This document shows positions 56,805 to 64,000 of a stretch of DNA of 64,000 nucleotides, in pieces (the stretch's first letter is position 1; each line of letters opens with the position of its first letter). Position numbers and translations under genes: made by a program. The stretch comes from Adineta vaga (taxonomy: Eukaryota > Animalia > Rotifera), in the NCBI GenBank assembly GCA_021613535.1, contig CP075494.1:5146001-5210000 (forward strand). Reading direction: 5' to 3'. A model generated the notes under the pieces. It did no database searches and was not told the origin of the DNA. It saw only the letters and a program-made list of their open reading frames with translations.

Positions 56805-59529
56805 TATTCGATTGATTCTAAACGAAAATTTACGTTAGTTATTTGAATAAGTCAATATTGAATGAATGAAGAAAAATCAATGCATGTTTATTTATTGTGA
56901 TGCGCATTTTGATGATAAGATAAAAACAAAGAATAAAATGTATTCGATTTCAGTTAAACTCAATTGCCCAAGATTTCAATAAGGTCGACAAACAAACAAT
57001 CATACAAAGATGGTAGGTCGTTGTGGTAGTTATAACATATATTTAATGCTGAAGAACAAATGCAAGTCAATGTTGATGTTTACGAGATGAGACCTTGATT
57101 TATCTGAATAATCTTTTTTTTGTAAATTATTTAATGAACTCAATTGTTCACGAACAACGTTTTGAGAAGATTTATTTAATCTTGAATTTTTCGCATGATT
57201 CAACGTATTGAGCACTATGCTGATTCATGTATGTACGTATATAGATTGAAAACTTGAGAATTGTTCATAAGTGATTGAGTTTTGTCCTTCAAAATTTAAT
57301 CAATAGTAACATTGGCTGTACGTATAAAAGACTATTGCAATCATAGTTTGAACGATGAAAAGTAAAACTTTCAAGGACTTTTCATTGTATATAGATGAAA
57401 ATTTCAAAGACCACTTCTTAATTGATTGAATCAATACGTTTTTCTTTTGCAACTTGGAACAATCAAAAATCTACAGTATAGTATTTTTGATTTATTACTT
57501 CATTTGAGAATTGTATATTACAAATACATTTGTCAATCAATTTATTCATTACATTTACTAACGATAGAATCAAATATTGACACGTAATCAGATTTGACAT
57601 TGAGAACATGACTTAATATTGAAAACTTGTATATCTCACTAAAATTGTTATTAAAGAATTTTTCTCATTAAACATACACGACAGAAAGTCTTTCGATTAT
57701 GAACGCCATACATAAACCTTACTAAATGAAGGACGATAAATAAAACTGTTTTCAGTCTATAACGATGTAATTTAATCTTTCTAGTAAGACTGATGATTAG
57801 TTGGTTACTTCCTGCTAGCAAAAAGCATGCTGTCATGCTATCAGACAGAACGTCTTTCAAGGTTTATATGTATACAAAAAAATGTATCCAGTCGAGTGTC
57901 AAATAGCGATGTATTGATTGAATTAATCGAAGTTATTATTTCTTCATCATTACTCTTTAATCGTCAACTAATATACAAAATATTCAATTCATTAATTGAC
58001 TACGTGATCGATTCTCTGAATCTTTTACATCTAAATTTCTCTTTTCCTACGCAATATAAATGCAATTCTATTCATTAGAGATTATCAAAAAAGAAAACTA
58101 AAGAGAAAAATTTAATTACATAAGATTGATAATGTACATTATTGTCCTCTTGAATAATATCGTATAGTGTTTTTTCTCAGTTCTATGTCAAGAATATCAT
58201 TAATGGTTAACCGACAGTCGAAGGTTATTCTTTCCGAGATAAATCATATTGTAAATTTGCTGATAAGATCTCCGCTTATTCTTTCTCTTATTACATCGAT
58301 TGATAATCTAATTAATAAAGATTCATTTCTAAAATGTTTCTTTCTCTTCTAGCAGATCGATCGGTTATTGAAAAAGAAGAAGAAGAAGAACAATTCTTGA
58401 GAAAATAGAATATAAAATTGATCTATTCCTAAGAGAATTAAAAGAAATCTTTCATCAACTTCTTTTCTCTTCATTTTTATGTTCTGCAAATAATATTCTC
58501 GCATCATCATTTAACCATGAGACTAACTTTCTATTCTTCTTTTTCTTCATTCTTATTATTAATCAAATGACAATAAACAGAAAAATCTGAAATGACAAGT
58601 TAGCCCTTTGACATCTCTTGTTAAACCTTGAACATTCTAAGTAGATGTATTGTGTCATTTATCGGTCAATAGTGATCAAATCGATTTCTTCTGATTCTGT
58701 TTATACTGTTCGATAAACGACCTTTTAATCTAGACTGACATTAGATAACATATAGCCATGCATAGAAAAGAAATAATCAACGTTCTGTCACGCAGATTAT
58801 AATCGTCAGCATATGCTCGTTTTTTCTCTTCGATACATTTTGAACATCCTTACTAACTAAACAAATAAGTATTTTTTTCATTCCCATCACCAATTATATT
58901 CGATTGTTTGCTTAACTAATCACAAATACTTGATAGATCTACTCTCTTCTTCTAGGCAAGTTCCACACATATATTTATTCAATTAGCTAAAACTATCTAT
59001 ACAAATTTTTCTAGCAAGAAAAAAGAAAATGATTGATAATGTTATTTTATTGACCTATGTAAACAAGTGAAGATGATTCAATAGAATTGACAAGCGGTTA
59101 GTAAAAAGTGAAACAACAAGTAGATCCAATTGACAAAGAAGATTATATAATGATCTACTTTGTTCTCTAATCGTTCGATCTTGTTTGTTTAGAAGAGGAT
59201 TAACAACTAACATGAACGCGAAGAAGAAAGAAAACGGAAGGAGCCATTTTCGTCACATTTTTTCTGTTTCTCTTTCTTTCCCTCTCTCTCTCTCTGTGTC
59301 TCTTTCTTTCGCGTTTCGCACTTCATACGTACATTTGGTGATTGAACAAGGACGATGAAAAGCAGCTTCTCTACACTCTTTAAACGTGAAATAATTCTAT
59401 AGAAGTGCCTAAATAATGACACTGTCCTTCGTTTTCTTTTTTCAAACATGCAAACTTTTCTATTACATCATTACATTTTCTTCTCTTTCTCGTTTTTTTT
59501 CTCTTTTATGATCAAAGATTGTTGAAAAA

Positions 59530-60601
59530 ATGGAAGAACTAAAAAGTAATCCTTCATCAAAACATAATTCAACATCGATCGATGGAAAGCAAATCATTTG
59601 GACGTCGGCGACTCGATTTAGTACACATATGAAAAGTGAACCATTGAAAAGACGAGAACAATTAAAACAACCACCTCGCTTGAGACAAAATCAACATACG
59701 AGTAAGTTCAATCAATCAAGACGAAAGTCAAATAAAATTTTAGTCGATTAAACTTTCATTTATCAATACTCAAATTTACGGAGCTTTTTCTTTTCGTTCT
59801 CTTTTTTTAGTAGATGATTGTTTATCTGATCAATCCGCTGGTCCATGTAATATTGATATGAATGACAGTAAAAATGATGCGTTATCGTTAAAATCATCAA
59901 TGGCCTATAATTCAATCGAACGGCGTGAAAAAAAGCAAGTTGGAATAGTCAAACCTTTATTAACTGTTGAAAAAGAAAATAATCTATGGAATTGTTCCGA
60001 ATTAGAACGACTACAAAGACGTTTTTCAGAATTAATTGATGGTAAAATAACCGATGATAAAACATTACCAACGAAGAAAAATGGTCTTATCGAACGTCTT
60101 GAATCTCTTTATTCATCCATTGGTTCACATGTTTACGTTTCACCATGTTTAGCTCGTTTATTTGTTCTAACTGATTTTCAAGTTTGTTCATTAGAACAAT
60201 GGAAATTAATTCATCGTGGTTATCCACTATGGTTGTATAATACTGGTTTAAATCCTCGTCGATCAGCTGAACTTCGTCTAATCATTGTCGATGAAAAAAC
60301 CGGTTTTATTCTCTGGTCTGATCGTATTACATCAATATCGAATATAATTCAACCAACGAATTTGACACTTTCATTTCGTCATTCACTGAATAATTCATCG
60401 ATTATGTTACGTTTTGAAGCGACAGACGAAAAAACTTTCACAAGATTTTATTCATATTTGAAACAAAATCAATTCTATACTGATAAAATATTAAAAACTC
60501 ACGTTTCCAAGCGTCTCATAAGAAAAAGTGATATCTCGCCACCTTGCCATTTCAAACATCTAAATCATATCGATGAAAATATTGTAGATGCTCATCATTG
60601 A
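59530..60601 (+). CDS. EVH1/WH1-like domain + C-terminal CRIB motif protein (MESR3-like), 2 exons
   Basis: CLARLFV..WKLIHRGYPLWLYNTG..LRLIIVDEKTGFILWSDRI; CRIB KSDISPPCHFKHLNH; intron ~59702-59812. Confidence 0.6.
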
Positions 60602-62317
60602 TTCTATTCGTTTGATAAGATACACTACGAGGAGTGCGATCAGCTGTTGAACGTACAAGTTTCAAGTACAATATCACGGCATTGATGGTTATACAAGAAT
60701 AATTACAGCAAGAATGGGAAGAACAATAACCAATGCTAGATTTGTCGATGACGAAGATGAGGATGATGAACATTTTGATTTTAATTGCTGACGAGTATAG
60801 ATACCTGAAAGATTGTGAAAAGATCAATTCTTTTTTTATTGATATAATTATTTATTTTAAAAAATAAAAAGTAATTTTTTCTCTGGTATATGATCAAGTA
60901 TTCTGATCACAGGATAAACGAACTTTTACATTATAAGGATTTAGATCTGATTTATTTTAAGAATAAAAGAATATCACAGTAACGTTTTAAATTTTAAATA
61001 TTGATAGTAAACATAACGAGTGTATCAATTGATACGATGGGAAGTTATTTACGAAGCGATTATAACAGAGAAAAATGGAAATATTATATGATTTTAATGA
61101 TATTCGAAAAAATAAGTATTTCAATATCGGTTCTTTATTTCTAAAATCAAAGCCAAAATCATCTGGATTTGATCCTCTTGACACCAGCACATTACCACAA
61201 GCTATCGTTGACTGCTCAGGTAGAACGATACGCCGCTATTTTAATGAAGTGACAGTCCGTTATCTGACTGTATCTTTCGTTCTGAGTAAGTATTTGTTTC
61301 GGTAGTATCATGAAAAGAAAAACAATTGCTCATCGTCTCATTTTTGTTTAAAAATGAGCATTGACATGTGAAAATTTTTATCTTTTTCATCAGTCGAATT
61401 ACTATCGACACAGTACACTAATGTAACAAATGGAAATAATCGTTATTGTTGATTAATTTTTAAACCTTTCAATTATTAAGTAATGAATTAAATCATATCC
61501 ATATCTATCATTCTATGTATCAGTAAAATAATTCATCATTTATATTTATGTTCGTTTTTCGTTTATTTTGAGCGAGGGTGTTTTCTGCGAAAGAGAACAA
61601 AACTTATTTTACTTGGATTTTATCTTTGATCAAGAGTGATAATAGTATGAGAAGATGTAATACATTAGGCGAAAATGAAAAACTAACAACTGAACTTAAG
61701 TAGGGAAGGATAAGAAAAAAATGTATGCAAAACGAAGAACGAAAGAAATTGGGGACTAGAGCATTTTCAGAACAACAGAAGTTAGGGTCTTAAAAGATGA
61801 AACGTATATCAATAAAGTTAATCAGGTCGGCTTTACGCCATGTATTCACGCTAACAATTAACTTGTTGAATAAATGTTAATTAAACTGAATCCATTTAGA
61901 ATCTTTAATACTAGATTTGGATTTGCATTCCCATATAAGTCATACATGTTTTAATTCTTTTAAGATGAAACCATTGGCAAAAATTTAAAGAATTATTCGT
62001 AGTCATGTTTTTACAGACATCAAGTGATGAAATGAAAAAAGGCCACCTGACACAAAATATTCAACGTTGACAAATGAAGCTATATCTTTTTGTGTCAAAG
62101 AATGGAATACAACAGATTGGTATTTAGAAAGAGAGAAAAGTACGATGAAAGATTTTAAGTTTTGTAAGCTCTGAAAACTATCCATGAAGTAAAATTTGCA
62201 TAAGAAACTTTGTTCTGACGAAACCAAGTGAGGTTCGAAGCGTCAATTCGCGATCAAATCATTTTTGTTTAGAATCAATTCATTCATTCATTCATTCATT
62301 AGTTCACAATTTTTGTA

Positions 62318-62773
62318 TCTGACCGTTTTTCAGGTTTGTTCATTAGAGCAATGCAAATTAATTCATCGATTATGTTACGTTTTGAAGCGACAGACGAAAA
62401 AACTTTCACAAGATTTTATTCATATTTGAAACAAAATCAATTCTATACTGATAAAATATTAAAAGCTCAAGTTTCCAAGCATCTCATAAGAAAAAGTGAT
62501 ATCTCGCCACCTTGCCATTTCAAATATCTAAATCATATCGATGAAAATATTGTAGATGCTCATCATTGCCTATTCGTTTGATAAGATACATTAGGAAGAG
62601 TACCATCAGCTGTTGAACGTACAAGTTTCAAGTACAATACGACGGTAATACTGGTCACAAGAATAATCACAGCAAGAATGGGAAGAACAATAACCAATGC
62701 TAGATTTGTCGATGACGATGAAGTTGATGAACATTTTGATTGTAATTGCTGACGTGTATAGATACCTGAAAGA
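62318..62773 (+). repeat. Direct duplicate of ~60166-60812 with an internal 184-bp deletion
   Basis: 62359-62773 is near-identical to 60391-60812; 62318-62368 matches 60166-60216. Confidence 0.92.
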
Positions 62774-64000
62774 ATAAAATAACTTTTTCAGCTGCTCTTT
62801 TGATAAAAAGAACGTTTGAATATGAAAATATTGATACGTATAAAATACGTCAAAGAAATGTATTGATTACATCATTGAAATAGAGATCTACTCAAGTGTA
62901 TTATTAATGCACAGAGGAGGAAAGGAAAAAAATGAACATTTACTATTTCTTTAATTGAATATCATGAAATTAGATTAGTTATATATCTACCTTGATGACA
63001 TTCAGTTCCATTGCAATCACATTGTCCGCTAAATCGATTACAATTCGCACATGGACATTGATAAGCACAATCAGGTCCATATTGATTTATAGGACAACCT
63101 TCACATTTAGAGAGCAAATAATAAGTTTTTAATGAATATCAATTTGATTTGCTTCTTACTTGTATTACAGTAGGTTCCATACCATCCTGTGTAGCATGAA
63201 CATCCGTATGGATCAGGTAAACAAATTAATAATCCTTTACAATAATCATCATCACCTTGACAATTAAAATCACACGTTTGACCATAATAACCTGCAGGAC
63301 AACCTTTTATTAAAATAGATATTCATTTATTTTCTCGGAAACTAAAATTCTTTTTCTTCTCACTGTATTGACAATCGCTTCCATAAAATCCTGGTGCACA
63401 AATACATTGATTCACATACGGATGATATATTCCTTGTGAACGACATCGACCATCATCTATTGAAAGGGAAATAAGAAATTTATATATCAATAATTTCCTT
63501 GTATTTTTTTTGTCAATTTACAAAGTTGATAGTCAATAAATCTTGCATGATGTCCCGAAATACGTTTATTTTCTAATGCTAATGTGATCAAACCATTAAA
63601 ATCTTTTTTCAAACTAATTCCACTCATTTTTATATTATTTGTATTTGATAATTCACATTGTAAAGGAATTGTATCTGTTGATGACGTTCGATCAAAATTC
63701 AGATATTCATAACAAGAAGAATCAAGAGTATTATTTGTTTGTTGAAAACTTAGAACTAATGATTGAGTGTACGGTCGACGAAGGGCAACACTATAATCCA
63801 TTGGAAAATGTGGACGAACAAAATCGCCATTGATAGGAAATGATTGAGTATAAATAATACCAAGTAAACTATTCTGTGGTAGACATGCATAAAAACCAAA
63901 ACGTACATCATCACTTTGATTTGGTAGAGTTATATTCTGACAATTAGATAAACAAGTTTTATAATTACATGATGAAACTTGCATTAGTGAACGAATATCT
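62563..64000 (-). CDS. EGF/laminin-EGF-repeat single-pass membrane protein (MEGF10/SCARF-like), 5' end outside window
   Basis: Spliced exons CICAPGFYGSDC, CPAGYYGQTCDFNC..CKGLLICLPDPYGCSC, CPINQYGPDCAYQCPC; last exon 62765-62563 has TM LALVIVLPILAVIILVTSITVVLYL. Confidence 0.8.

Noticed and set aside
57000-58350. Possible degenerate F-box-like or other pseudogene fragments
   Set aside because: Similarity too weak to support without a search.
61000-62240. Possible Tc1/mariner relic (GRTIRRY, KEWNTTDW, CSDETK fragments)
   Set aside because: Fragments are short and stop-ridden, with no terminal inverted repeats or DDE spacing I can verify.
62336-62581. 81-aa ORF as an independent CRIB-protein gene
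   Set aside because: It is the deleted duplicate of the MESR3-like 3' end and lies antisense to the EGF gene's 3' end.

Overview
AT-rich eukaryotic (animal) genomic DNA with many short (~50-60 nt) GT-AG introns. The intronless orphan class A GPCR arrays, an ADP-ribosyltransferase-TPR gene and foreign-looking genes mixed with metazoan genes point to a bdelloid rotifer (Adineta/Rotaria-like; inferred). The first ~9.6 kb is an island of apparently non-metazoan genes: a plant-type kiwellin/ripening-related protein, a microbial-type PARG, a bacterial-like sialidase/Asp-box propeller, a decayed GH10 xylanase and a fungal-type C2-domain protein. Next come three tandem GPCRs with gene-conversion tracts, an ART-TPR gene and a TPR-ZZ-vWA gene. 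A mostly conserved metazoan block follows: SLC6 transporter, DUF4440 protein, ADCY9, NOL11 C-terminal-like, HAT1, archaemetzincin, ACK kinase with a nested antisense RASSF9/10 gene, GPCRs, KLHDC3, FoxO and a GDPD. The end holds a pair of small, secreted, strongly cationic peptides, a MESR3-like CRIB protein and a convergent EGF-repeat membrane protein whose shared 3' junction has been duplicated. Top candidates for new biology: the animal kiwellin, the cationic peptide pair and a dense NR5A/ERR-type site cluster at FoxO. Family calls come from remembered motifs; no database searches were run.
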